From NCBI RefSeq assembly GCF_045106495.1, contig NZ_JBGCEQ010000031.1:54727-118726 (forward strand): a DNA stretch of 64,000 nt, read 5' to 3'. The DNA comes from Roseobacter sp. (GTDB taxonomy: Bacteria > Pseudomonadota > Alphaproteobacteria > Rhodobacterales > Rhodobacteraceae). The position numbers were made by a program, and so were the translations under genes. Positions 38,400 to 47,865 of the stretch are shown one piece after another; position 1 is the stretch's first letter, and every line of letters begins with the position of its first letter. The notes below the pieces were generated by a model. That model was not told the origin of the DNA. It saw nothing but the letters and a program-made list of their open reading frames with translations, and searched no databases.

Positions 38400-39892
38400 G
38401 TGATTTTGCCATTGGTGTGCTGTCTTTTCCGGCGCTGCTGGCGTTGATTTTTGTTCGGGTGCCCATCGGTCTTGCCATGTTTCTCTCGGGTGTTGTCGGC
38501 ATCGTTCTGGTGACCGGAAACCTGAACATACCGCTGGGCCGTTTGAAGTCCGAAACCTACACGACGTTTTCCAGCTACTCGCTGTCCATCGTGCCAATGT
38601 TTCTGCTGATGGGGTATTTCGCAACGCTGGGCGGTATGTCGACCGCGCTCTTCAAAGCCGCAGAAGGTTTTCTGGGTCACCGAAAAGGCGGCGTTGCCAT
38701 GGCGGCCGTAGGTGCCTGCGCCGGTTTCGGCGCCATTTGTGGATCTTCACTCGCAACGGCGGCTACCATGGGTCGCGTGGCGTTGCCGGAACTGAAACGC
38801 TACGGTTACGCAGGTGGATTTTCTACCGCGACACTTGCAGCTGGTGGTACGCTGGGTATCCTTATCCCGCCATCTGTAGTGCTTGTGATCTACGCAATTC
38901 TGACCGAACAGAACATCGCAAAATTGTTCCTCGCGGCCTTCATCCCGGGCATTCTGGCAGCGCTTGGATATGTGATGGCCATTTCGATCTATGTAAGGAT
39001 CTTTCCGGAAAGCGCAGGCACACGGGATGCAATCCCCTACCGCGAACGGTTTCAATTGTTGTTTGACGTTTGGCCTGTGCTTTTGGTGTTCGCGCTGGTG
39101 GTGGGCGGCATTTACGCTGGCTGGTTCACGCCCACCGAGGGCGCGTCGATTGGTGCAGCAGGCACAGGTTTGATTGCGTTCTTTAATGGAGGCCTGACGT
39201 GGAATACCCTAAAGGAAAGTTTCACCTCCACGGCAAAATCAACTGCGATGATCTTTTTCATCGTGCTGGGTGCCGGGATATACAATGGCTTTTTGGCGCT
39301 CACCAATGTCCCGCAAGAGCTGGCAGACTACGTTCTGGGTCAAGGTTTTAGCCCTTGGATGGTTCTATCCCTGATCTTGGTTTTCTATCTGTTGCTTGGC
39401 TGCGTTATGGACAGCTTGAGCATGATATTATTGACAATCCCAATCTTCTTTCCGGTCATTTCGGTTTTGGATTTCGGTCTTGTCGATTTGATTGCAATGC
39501 AACATGACGCTGCACGCGAGGCGCTTGCTTCCGCGACTGATCTCGCCCCTGACCTTCGTTCCGAGATCGATGCTTTGATTGCGACAGGATCAGAGATCAG
39601 CCGGGATCTTCAGAAAGAAATTGGCATACGTGTGACGCAAGGCATGGCCGATCGTATTGCCTTGGAGAGAACAGCGATCTGGTTTGGTATCCTCGTATTG
39701 ATCGTTGTAGAGGTTGGTCTGATTACACCGCCCGTCGGGATGAACCTTTTCGTAATTAATGCGATGGATCCGAAAACCCCCATGGTCGATACGTATAAGG
39801 CGGTGCTGTTCTTTGTGGGTTCTGACCTGATCCGGGTTGTGATCCTTGTGCTCTTCCCAGCAATTACATTGTTTTTGATCCCCTTTGGTTGA
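38396..39892 (+). CDS. TRAP transporter large permease DctM family (with hydrophilic insertion)
   Basis: 498 aa from GTG 38396 (VSDFAIGVLSFPALL…). The ORF-track N-terminus (38090-) overlaps DctQ in another frame and is non-membrane. Confidence 0.9.
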   Translation: MSDFAIGVLSFPALLALIFVRVPIGLAMFLSGVVGIVLVTGNLNIPLGRLKSETYTTFSSYSLSIVPMFLLMGYFATLGGMSTALFKAAEGFLGHRKGGVAMAAVGACAGFGAICGSSLATAATMGRVALPELKRYGYAGGFSTATLAAGGTLGILIPPSVVLVIYAILTEQNIAKLFLAAFIPGILAALGYVMAISIYVRIFPESAGTRDAIPYRERFQLLFDVWPVLLVFALVVGGIYAGWFTPTEGASIGAAGTGLIAFFNGGLTWNTLKESFTSTAKSTAMIFFIVLGAGIYNGFLALTNVPQELADYVLGQGFSPWMVLSLILVFYLLLGCVMDSLSMILLTIPIFFPVISVLDFGLVDLIAMQHDAAREALASATDLAPDLRSEIDALIATGSEISRDLQKEIGIRVTQGMADRIALERTAIWFGILVLIVVEVGLITPPVGMNLFVINAMDPKTPMVDTYKAVLFFVGSDLIRVVILVLFPAITLFLIPFG

Positions 39893-40473
39893 CGTCGCTG
39901 CGTTGCAGTTAGTGTTCATTCAATTTGCGCAAAGAACGCTCGGGTAACACTTGGATTTGCGAAAGTTAATCGACGCCAGAAGAACGAGCGGATTGCCAGG
40001 GCGCTGATTGAATTCAAAGCACTCTGCATTGTCTTGCGACGAATATTGCCGAACACCGGCTTGGTGCGACACGCGAAATTAAGCTGTTGCTCGACGTCGG
40101 TGGAAGGTTTCGGGCTTTTCTAGGTTTTCCGGAGCTTTGGCATTTGAAAGCGACCTCATCAAAATTCATTGGTAATTTCAACCAAGCAGTAACACCGTGC
40201 AATTGAGTGTTGACCTTGTGCCAGAGCACGAGGCACGAAAAGCAAATGGCCAGGCTGTTCTAACATCTAATCGGGTGCCTCAGCGCTTCATATGTCGAAC
40301 TTGTAAGTGCTGTTGTCCGGCGCCCGAAGAACGCATTTTTCCAAAACAGGTTGCCGGACAATTTTGATAGCCAGCCGTGCCAGCATCTCGAATTGACCGG
40401 CTTATGCGTCGGGCCGTGTTTGACAGATTTTGGCGGAATGAATTTGTTAAATCGCTCACAAGGCATAAAGTGG

Positions 40474-40491
40474 TGCAATATTTGCAAAAGA
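40474..40491. promoter_or_regulatory. TGCAATATTTGCA near-palindrome plus TGCAAAAGA upstream of the hydrolase gene (candidate BoxR-type site)
   Basis: Two TGCA boxes sit 44-61 nt upstream of ATG 40535. The 9-mer TGCAAAAGA is repeated exactly at 41821-41829 upstream of boxC. Confidence 0.35.
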
Positions 40492-40534
40492 CACCGAACC
40501 GAAAAGACCACCATTCAAAACGGAAAGGCACGGT

Positions 40535-41347
40535 ATGAGTTGGGTAAATTTGGACCGCGTTGAAGCCGATGGCGTTCTGCTAGAATGTGCCACCTTTGGT
40601 CCTCCGCCGGGCGATGCGCCGACACTGGTGCTTTTGCACGAAGGATTGGGCTGCATCGCGCTGTGGCGCTCATTTCCAGATGCACTGGTCGAGAAGACGG
40701 GATGCGGCGTGTTTGTTTACTCACGGGCTGGTTATGGCCAGTCTGATCCCGCTCTTTTGCCGCGTCCACTGGACTACATGACGCGCGAAGCGATCGAAGA
40801 ATTGCCCAAAGTGTTGAATGCGGCTGCGATTGGGCGATGTATACTGGTGGGGCATTCGGATGGCGCAACAATCGCTGCGATTTACGCCGGATCGGCTGTG
40901 GACGCGCGGGTGCGTGGACTGGTTTTGATGGCGCCTCATTTTTTCACCGAAAAAGTCGGGCTGGCCGAAATCGAAAAAACGCGAGAGCTCTTCAGGGTGA
41001 GCGAGCTTGAAGAAAGTATGGCGAAGTATCACCGCGACGCAAAGGCGACATTCCGAGGTTGGACTGACGTTTGGCTGGACTCGGAATTTAAGGATTGGGA
41101 CGTCAGTGACGTCATCGATTACTTGCGCATCCCAACTCTGGTGATCCAGGGCAAAAACGACCAATATGGGACCACCGCGCAGGTTGAGGAGGTTGCAAAC
41201 CGCATCTATGCCCCTTGTGATATCGAAATGCTGCCCGATTGTAAGCATTCACCGCATCTTGATCAGCCGAACGTGACCACGTGCTTGATTGCAGGGTTCG
41301 CGCAGCGTCTACAGCGGATCGAAAATGAAGTCGTCACAGTTGTATGA
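40535..41347 (+). CDS. alpha/beta-fold hydrolase
   Basis: 270 aa with an HEGLG oxyanion region, the nucleophile elbow GHSDG and a C-terminal His (…CKHSPH…). Confidence 0.85.
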   Translation: MSWVNLDRVEADGVLLECATFGPPPGDAPTLVLLHEGLGCIALWRSFPDALVEKTGCGVFVYSRAGYGQSDPALLPRPLDYMTREAIEELPKVLNAAAIGRCILVGHSDGATIAAIYAGSAVDARVRGLVLMAPHFFTEKVGLAEIEKTRELFRVSELEESMAKYHRDAKATFRGWTDVWLDSEFKDWDVSDVIDYLRIPTLVIQGKNDQYGTTAQVEEVANRIYAPCDIEMLPDCKHSPHLDQPNVTTCLIAGFAQRLQRIENEVVTVV

Positions 41348-41748
41348 TGCCCAGCTGGCGGCCGCCCCATGCCTATGTGCCGCGCAAGACGCCCCGCCAT
41401 CCAGAAGAGCTGTTTGACGACATCAAAGCAACGGCGGACAGGATAGAGCTTTCAGACATTGTGACCTGTCAGGCATGGAAGTCGGGATTGGACTTTTTGG
41501 CGGACGGTTACTTTTGGGAAGCCCATGAAGTGCTTGAGGCGGTTTGGTTGGCTTGTCCGCCGAATGCGCCCGAAAAACTGATGGTGCAAGCGGTCATTCA
41601 AACCGCAAATGCGAAACTGAAGAAGGTCATGGGCCGGGAAAAGGCCTGTCAGCGGTTAAAGGATGAGGCCCGGAGGCTGAGTCGTGAAGCAGTGTTGCGC
41701 GCCAGGAGCCCGGTTCTTGGAATAAACTCCTTAGATGATGTTATATAA
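41344..41748 (+). CDS. DUF309 domain protein
   Basis: …GYFWEAHEVLEAVW… is the DUF309 signature. There is a 4-nt overlap with the hydrolase. Confidence 0.7.
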   Translation: MMPSWRPPHAYVPRKTPRHPEELFDDIKATADRIELSDIVTCQAWKSGLDFLADGYFWEAHEVLEAVWLACPPNAPEKLMVQAVIQTANAKLKKVMGREKACQRLKDEARRLSREAVLRARSPVLGINSLDDVI

Positions 41749-41888
41749 TGCATAAACTTAGTCGATAATTCTGAAAAAGTTGCCATACAGGGCGTAGTGT
41801 GATGCAGTGTAGCGAAATAGTGCAAAAGATAACTGTGCCAATCTCCACTGAGGCAATACATTTGCCAATGTGATCGCAAAGGGCTGCC

Positions 41889-43550
41889 ATGACCAAGGCC
41901 ATCGACTTTCAAACGGACCCATCCCGCTACCGTCACTGGCGTGTCTCATATGATGGGGCGATTGCAAATCTGATTATGGATGTTGATGAGGATGGGGGTC
42001 TCTTTGAGGGGTATCAGCTCAAGCTGAACAGCTACGACCTCGGCGTTGATATCGAGCTTGCCGATATCGTGCAGCGGATGCGCTTTGAGCATCCCGAGGT
42101 GAAAGTCGTGGTCATTCAGTCAGGTAAAGAGAGAGTATTCTGTGCTGGAGCAAATATTCGCATGCTTGGTAGCGCGTCACACAGTCATAAAGTGAACTTC
42201 TGCAAGTTCACGAACGAGACGCGCAACACTTTCGAAGCCGCTGAACAAGATAGTGGTCAGAAATACATGGCTGCGATCAAGGGGTCTTGTGCCGGCGGTG
42301 GCTATGAGCTTGCTCTTGCGTGCAATCATATCTTGTTGACTGACGACTCTGCTTCATCGGTCGCTCTTCCAGAAGCGCCGCTTCTTGCCGTCCTTCCAGG
42401 GACAGGTGGTCTGACACGTGTCACTGACAAACGCAAAGTCCGTCGCGACCTTGCGGATGTTTTTTGTTCGGTTGAGGAGGGCGTTAAAGGCAAACGCGCC
42501 GTTCAATGGCGACTGGTGGATGAGGTGGTGCCTAACTCCAGGTTCGACCAGGTGGTTCAACAGCGCGCAAAGGAATTCGCCGAAGTTTCGTGCAAAGCCG
42601 ATGAAGCAATAGGAATTGAACTTGGCCCACTCAGTAAAACGGCCAACGAAGACGGATCCCTTACCTACTCGCTCGTAGAAGTCCTGATTGATCGTAATGC
42701 ACGAAAAGCAACGATCACTCTGGCGGGGCCAGATGTCGCGGCGCCTGTTGATATGGATGCCTTGGCGGCGCAGGGTGATCAGGCCTATTTGCTGCGCCTC
42801 GCGCGGGAATTGGATGACGCTATTTTACATCTGCGATTTAATGAAATGGACGTTGGGCTGTTGGTTTTCCGCACGCAGGGCGATGATGAAGCTGTCTTGG
42901 CCCATGATGATGTGTTGTGCAACAACACGGATCACTGGTTGGCCAATGAGGTGCTGGCCTACTGGAAACGCCTGCTCAAGCGTATCGACGTGACTTCGCG
43001 GTCAATGGTGGCCTTGGTCGAGCACGGGTCATGCTTTGCGGGTATCCTGGCCGAATTGTTATGGTCGGTAGATCGCACCTATATGATGGAAGATGAGTTC
43101 GAAGGCGACAATCGCCCAACTGCTGCTGTGACCGTTTCAAAAACGAACTTCGGCATGATGCCAATGGGAAATGGGCTCACACGGCTTGAGACGCGCTTTT
43201 TGGGTACGCCAGACGCCGTGGATGCATCGGAGGCGAAGATCGGCGAACGTCTCGAAGCCGAAGAGTGCGACGCGCTCGGGCTAGTGACCATGATCCTCGA
43301 CGATACCGATTGGGATGATGAAATCCGTATCTTCATGGAAGAGCGCGCCTCCTTCAGCCCGGACGCCATGACTGGGATGGAAGCGAACCTGCGCTTTGCC
43401 GGCCCCGAGACAATGGAGACACGTATCTTTGGACGCCTTACGGCTTGGCAGAACTGGATTTTCAATCGCCCGAACGCGGTTGGGCCCAAGGGTGCTCTGC
43501 AGCGTTATGGCACCGGTATGCGTGGTGAGTACAACATGGAGCGGGTCTGA
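41889..43550 (+). CDS. boxC: 2,3-epoxybenzoyl-CoA dihydrolase (benzoyl-CoA-dihydrodiol lyase) BoxC
   Basis: 553 aa with two crotonase-like halves (…FCAGANIRMLG…GGGYELALACNHI…). It lies directly upstream of boxB. Confidence 0.88.
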   Translation: MTKAIDFQTDPSRYRHWRVSYDGAIANLIMDVDEDGGLFEGYQLKLNSYDLGVDIELADIVQRMRFEHPEVKVVVIQSGKERVFCAGANIRMLGSASHSHKVNFCKFTNETRNTFEAAEQDSGQKYMAAIKGSCAGGGYELALACNHILLTDDSASSVALPEAPLLAVLPGTGGLTRVTDKRKVRRDLADVFCSVEEGVKGKRAVQWRLVDEVVPNSRFDQVVQQRAKEFAEVSCKADEAIGIELGPLSKTANEDGSLTYSLVEVLIDRNARKATITLAGPDVAAPVDMDALAAQGDQAYLLRLARELDDAILHLRFNEMDVGLLVFRTQGDDEAVLAHDDVLCNNTDHWLANEVLAYWKRLLKRIDVTSRSMVALVEHGSCFAGILAELLWSVDRTYMMEDEFEGDNRPTAAVTVSKTNFGMMPMGNGLTRLETRFLGTPDAVDASEAKIGERLEAEECDALGLVTMILDDTDWDDEIRIFMEERASFSPDAMTGMEANLRFAGPETMETRIFGRLTAWQNWIFNRPNAVGPKGALQRYGTGMRGEYNMERV

Positions 43551-43579
43551 CCTGCTCCATAAATTTCGGAGGAGTAAAC

Positions 43580-45031
43580 ATGCTTGACCTCATCAATGTG
43601 AGCTACGACACGCAAATCCCCAACAATGTGGGGTTGAGCGAAGACCGAAAAGTCTTGAAGGCACTGGAAAAATGGCACCCCGGTTACATTGATTGGTGGA
43701 ACAAACTGATCCCCCAGAATTTCCAGGACAGCATGGTGTATTTGCGGACTGCCGTCAGCGTGGATCCCAAAGGGTGGGCAAAATTTGACTATGTGAAAAT
43801 GCCGGAATATCGCTGGGGTATATTACTGGCTCCACAGGCGGAAGACCGGATTATTCCGATGGGTGAGCATAAAGGCGAGAAAGCATGGCAAGAAGTGCCG
43901 GGTGAATACCGCAACATGCTCAAACGCTTGATCGTCATTCAGGGTGACACCGAGCCAGGGTCCGTTGAACAGCAGCGCTTTCTCGGTCTGACTGCGCCGT
44001 CTCTATACGATATGCGCAACCTTTTTCAGGTCAATGTCGAAGAGGGCCGCCACCTTTGGGCTATGGTTTATCTGCTTCAGAAGTACTTCGGTAAAGATGG
44101 CCGTGAAGAAGCAGATGACATGCTTGTTCGCTCATCCGGTTCAGAGGACGCGCCGCGAATGCTCGGGGCCTTCAATGAAGAGACACCCGATTGGTTGTCA
44201 TTTTTCATGTTCACCTACTTCACCGACCGCGACGGCAAGATGCAGTTGGAGAGCCTTGCGCAATCGGGGTTTGACCCGCTGAGCCGTACTTGCAGATTCA
44301 TGCTGACTGAAGAAGCGCACCATATGTTTGTGGGCGAAACAGGCGTCAGCCGTGTGATCCAGCGGACCTGTGAGGCGATGAACGAGGCGGGTATCACAGA
44401 TCCTTATGAAATAGGAAAAGTTCGTGATCTGGGCGTGATTGACCTGCCGACGATCCAGAAAAAACTAAACCTTCACTATTCCCTTTCGCTTGATCTGTTC
44501 GGTCAGGAAGTTTCGACCAACGCGGCCAATGCCTTTAATGCAGGTATCAAAGGCCGCTACATGGAGAACAGGATCGATGACGATCACCAGCTGCAAAGCG
44601 ACAACTATATCGTCAAGAATATCGTTGGAGGTACGATCGTGGATGAAGAGGTCCCGGCCCTGACAGCGATCAACATGCGATTGCGTGACGACTATGTACG
44701 CGATGCTTCTGGTGGAATTGGCCGTTGGAACAAGATCGTTCAGAAGGCCGGGATTGAGTTCAAACTGGCTCTACCGCATGAGGCCTTCCACCGACAGATT
44801 GGTGTCTTCTCGGCGATCCAGGCCAACCCGGAAGGGGATATCATCCCTCAAGAAAGCTGGGACGCCAAGGTTGAAAACTGGCTGCCAACCAAAGAAGACG
44901 GCGCTTACATTGAGTCGCTCATGGTAGCTTGTTATGAGCCCGGTAAGTACGCAGGCTGGATTGCGCCGCCAAGAGTTGGCATCGACAACCAACCGGGCGA
45001 GTTCGAATACGTGAAGCTGCATATGGCATAG
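43580..45031 (+). CDS. boxB: benzoyl-CoA 2,3-epoxidase subunit BoxB
   Basis: 483 aa with di-iron carboxylate motifs (…VEEGRHLWAM…, …LTEEAHHMFVGE…). Confidence 0.92.
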   Translation: MLDLINVSYDTQIPNNVGLSEDRKVLKALEKWHPGYIDWWNKLIPQNFQDSMVYLRTAVSVDPKGWAKFDYVKMPEYRWGILLAPQAEDRIIPMGEHKGEKAWQEVPGEYRNMLKRLIVIQGDTEPGSVEQQRFLGLTAPSLYDMRNLFQVNVEEGRHLWAMVYLLQKYFGKDGREEADDMLVRSSGSEDAPRMLGAFNEETPDWLSFFMFTYFTDRDGKMQLESLAQSGFDPLSRTCRFMLTEEAHHMFVGETGVSRVIQRTCEAMNEAGITDPYEIGKVRDLGVIDLPTIQKKLNLHYSLSLDLFGQEVSTNAANAFNAGIKGRYMENRIDDDHQLQSDNYIVKNIVGGTIVDEEVPALTAINMRLRDDYVRDASGGIGRWNKIVQKAGIEFKLALPHEAFHRQIGVFSAIQANPEGDIIPQESWDAKVENWLPTKEDGAYIESLMVACYEPGKYAGWIAPPRVGIDNQPGEFEYVKLHMA

Positions 45032-45090
45032 GCCGTGCAGGCGCCTGGTACCTGCTTGTCTAGTCATGTTGTGAATTCGGAGGAGTCGAT

Positions 45091-45255
45091 GTGAAATCTG
45101 CAACCATCATCCTGAAAACGGTTCAGAATCTGCGTGTTGAGGGTGGTTTGCCTCCCGCAAAAACATGTATTGATTGCCCCGGATGCCAAGGTATCTGCGC
45201 CGCTCTAATAGACGTCTTTACCCTTCCTGATGTTATACTCCGAAAGGAGGCATGA
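45091..45255 (+). CDS. 54-aa micro-ORF with CxxCxxCxxxC motif between boxB and boxA
   Basis: The GTG at 45091 follows GGAGG (45080-84). Translation: VKSATIILKTVQNLRVEGGLPPAKTCIDCPGCQGICAALIDVFTLPDVILRKEA. Its stop overlaps the boxA ATG (ATGA). It is below the 60-aa ORF-track cutoff. Confidence 0.35.
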   Translation: MKSATIILKTVQNLRVEGGLPPAKTCIDCPGCQGICAALIDVFTLPDVILRKEA

Positions 45256-46445
45256 TGAACAAGCCGCGCAAACAGCACCTAATCGATCCAGAGGTCTGCA
45301 TCCGCTGTTACACTTGCGAGATGACCTGCCCTGAAAACGCCATCGAACATGACGATAACAATGTCGTGGTCAATGCGGATCTTTGCAACTTCTGCATGGA
45401 CTGTATCCCGGTTTGCCCCACAGGTTCGATTGATGAATGGCGGGTTGTCAGAGATCCTTACTCGCTTGAAGATCAATATGGTTGGGAGGAACTGCCGGAG
45501 CAGGGCGTCATTGCGGACGATGCCGGCGATACCAACGTAGAAGCGCTGGAAGATGCCATGGCAACGTTGCTGGCGGATGCCCACAAGGGGGCAGGCGGAA
45601 AGACCAAGGCGCCGGCGACGGCCGCAAAACCTACTGTCAACTTATACAACCTTGGTAAGCCCGTCGAGGCGACGGTCCGGGGTAATTTCAAGCTGACTGA
45701 CGCGGGCGCAGATATAGATGTGCGCCACATCATTCTAGATTTCCAAGGTCATCCAATGCCCGTTTTGGAAGGTCAGTCCATCGGCATCATACCACCTGGT
45801 ACAGATGTGGATGGTAACGCCCGCTTGCCGCGTCTTTACTCGATTTCCAGTCCGCGCGATGGCGAGCGGTCCGGATACAACAACGTCTCATTGACAGTAA
45901 AGCGCGAAGAGAGAGGGATATGTTCGAACTACGTTTGCGATCTGGACAAGGGCGATACGGTAAAGGTCACGGGCCCGTTTGGCGCTACGTTCTTGCTTCC
46001 GGAGGATCATGAGGCGCGGATCATGATGATCTGCACTGGCACAGGATCAGCACCCATGCGGGCCTTCACCATGCGGCGGCAACGGGCAGTCGGCGAAAAG
46101 AACGGCGGAATGGTGATGTTTTTCGGAGCACGCACACCCGAAACTTTGCCCTATCACGGTCCATTGAAAAGGGTACCTGAAACACTTTTGAAGCAACATC
46201 TCGTTTTTAGCAGGGTTGAAGGCGCCGCCAAAGAATACGTTCAGGATCGCATGTTGATCGAACGGAAGGAGGTCGCCCGCTTGCTCCAAGATCCAAAAGG
46301 CTATGTTTACATCTGCGGGTTGCGCGGAATGGAGACGGGTGTCGATCAAGCCTTTCAAACCATCGCAGACGATTTCGGGGGCGACTGGGTGTCGATGCGC
46401 GACACCATGCGCGAAGATGGGCGGTATCACGTCGAAACCTACTGA
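45252..46445 (+). CDS. boxA: benzoyl-CoA 2,3-epoxidase reductase subunit BoxA
   Basis: Two N-terminal 4Fe-4S motifs (CIRCYTCEMTCP, CNFCMDCIPVCP) plus an FNR-like module (…RLYSISS…, …GTGSAP…). Confidence 0.9.
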   Translation: MMNKPRKQHLIDPEVCIRCYTCEMTCPENAIEHDDNNVVVNADLCNFCMDCIPVCPTGSIDEWRVVRDPYSLEDQYGWEELPEQGVIADDAGDTNVEALEDAMATLLADAHKGAGGKTKAPATAAKPTVNLYNLGKPVEATVRGNFKLTDAGADIDVRHIILDFQGHPMPVLEGQSIGIIPPGTDVDGNARLPRLYSISSPRDGERSGYNNVSLTVKREERGICSNYVCDLDKGDTVKVTGPFGATFLLPEDHEARIMMICTGTGSAPMRAFTMRRQRAVGEKNGGMVMFFGARTPETLPYHGPLKRVPETLLKQHLVFSRVEGAAKEYVQDRMLIERKEVARLLQDPKGYVYICGLRGMETGVDQAFQTIADDFGGDWVSMRDTMREDGRYHVETY

Positions 46446-46886
46446 GACAGCGGTGTTGAGAGCTTCAGTGTACCAGCACTCTTTCGCTGTCACCTGAGAG
46501 TTGGTTCGGTTAGACAACGCTTCTGTCACGAGCTGCCTCTTTTAGGCTGGAGGCGATCCTCGCTTTCAAAAAATCCAACTTTGGGAACGGTTGGTACTGG
46601 CCAGTGTTGAAGCTAGGGCCTTTGTAAGACTTGAAATTGCTTCAGGCCCTTTGTGGCTGTCCGTTCTGTGGTGTTTGGCATCCATAGATAGTGAGCCGTA
46701 AAACTGCAGCTTCCGACGACAGAAAAATTTTGAATGGCCTGTTATTGGAGAAAACAACTAGTTTCGCTCGCTACCTGTCGCCCATCGAGCACAACCGCAC
46801 CGGCGGCGATTTGGTTCGTTATGTAGCGTCGCCTACTAAGCATTCGTTCTGGTAGGGTTCTGTGTTCTTTTCTTTTCTGTCAAAGA

Positions 46887-46898
46887 CACTATTGTGCA
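46887..46898. promoter_or_regulatory. CACTATTGTGCA box upstream of boxR (candidate autoregulatory site)
   Basis: It ends 28 nt before the boxR ATG. It matches 36683-36694 at 11 of 12 positions. Confidence 0.3.
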
Positions 46899-46926
46899 TT
46901 ATTATACATAAGGGGTCTTTGAAACC

Positions 46927-47865
46927 ATGTCCGAAGTAGTTCGTTTTGGAGGTCGCGCGACCAAGCCAGACATGGTATCCGAGATGGACGAGCGCGTTGC
47001 AAATTTGTTGATACAAGTCGGAGAACGCGTTCGCGCCGCACGCGAACGCAAGCGAATTTCACGCAGAATTTTGTCCGAAATTTCCGGCGTTTCGCCTCGA
47101 TATCTTGCGCAATTGGAAGCGGGCGCAGGCAATATTTCCATCGGACTTCTCACTCGTGTGGCCCACGCGCTTGATATGAAAATCGAGTGGTTTGTCGGAA
47201 CGGAAAACCCGTGGACGTCAGAAGTCCTGCGCGTCGCTGATCTTTTCTCGGTTGCGGATCAAAACACACGCGCCAAAGTTCTGCACATGTTAAGTGTGAA
47301 ACCTGCATCTGTCGGCAAATCAGAGCGGGTTTGTTTGATTGGCCTTCGTGGCGCCGGAAAATCAACCCTTGGTGCACTGGCAGCAGATCGATTACAGGTG
47401 CCTTTTCTTGAACTAAACAAAGAAATTTCCCACTACGGTGGCATGCCAGTCGACGAAATTATCGCTCTTTACGGTCAGGAAGGATACCGCAAACTGGAAG
47501 CAGGTTCTTTGGACCGGGTGGTTGCAAACTATGATCGCATGATTTTGGCTGTTGCAGGTGGCATTGTTGCCGAGCCCGAAACCTACAATAAGCTGCTGTC
47601 GCAATTCCATACGATTTGGATAAAGACTAGTCCACAAGAACACATGGATCGAGTGCTTGCGCAGGGGGATGAACGACCCATGGCCGGAAACGCGGATGCT
47701 ATGGATCAATTGCGCGCCATTCTCAGAAGTCGAGAGGCACTTTATGCAAAAGCGGATGCAGAATTGGACACGTCCCAGCAAACCCAGGACGAGTCCTTGG
47801 AAAGGCTTATCGCCATTGTTTCAATACGAGGCTTTGTCTCACAAAATCCAAAAACTCGTATTTGA
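46927..47865 (+). CDS. boxR: BoxR/BzdR-type regulator (XRE HTH fused to shikimate-kinase-like domain)
   Basis: N-terminal XRE HTH (…ISRRILSEISGVSPRYLAQLEAG…) plus a P-loop (…LIGLRGAGKSTLG…) in a shikimate-kinase-like C-terminal half. Confidence 0.85.
   Translation: MSEVVRFGGRATKPDMVSEMDERVANLLIQVGERVRAARERKRISRRILSEISGVSPRYLAQLEAGAGNISIGLLTRVAHALDMKIEWFVGTENPWTSEVLRVADLFSVADQNTRAKVLHMLSVKPASVGKSERVCLIGLRGAGKSTLGALAADRLQVPFLELNKEISHYGGMPVDEIIALYGQEGYRKLEAGSLDRVVANYDRMILAVAGGIVAEPETYNKLLSQFHTIWIKTSPQEHMDRVLAQGDERPMAGNADAMDQLRAILRSREALYAKADAELDTSQQTQDESLERLIAIVSIRGFVSQNPKTRI

Noticed and set aside
39961-40534. Possible IS/transposase remnant between the TRAP operon and the hydrolase gene.
   Set aside because: I tried all six frames by eye and found no transposase motif (DDE region, IS5-type …RWxVER…LAKD…) and no terminal inverted repeats.
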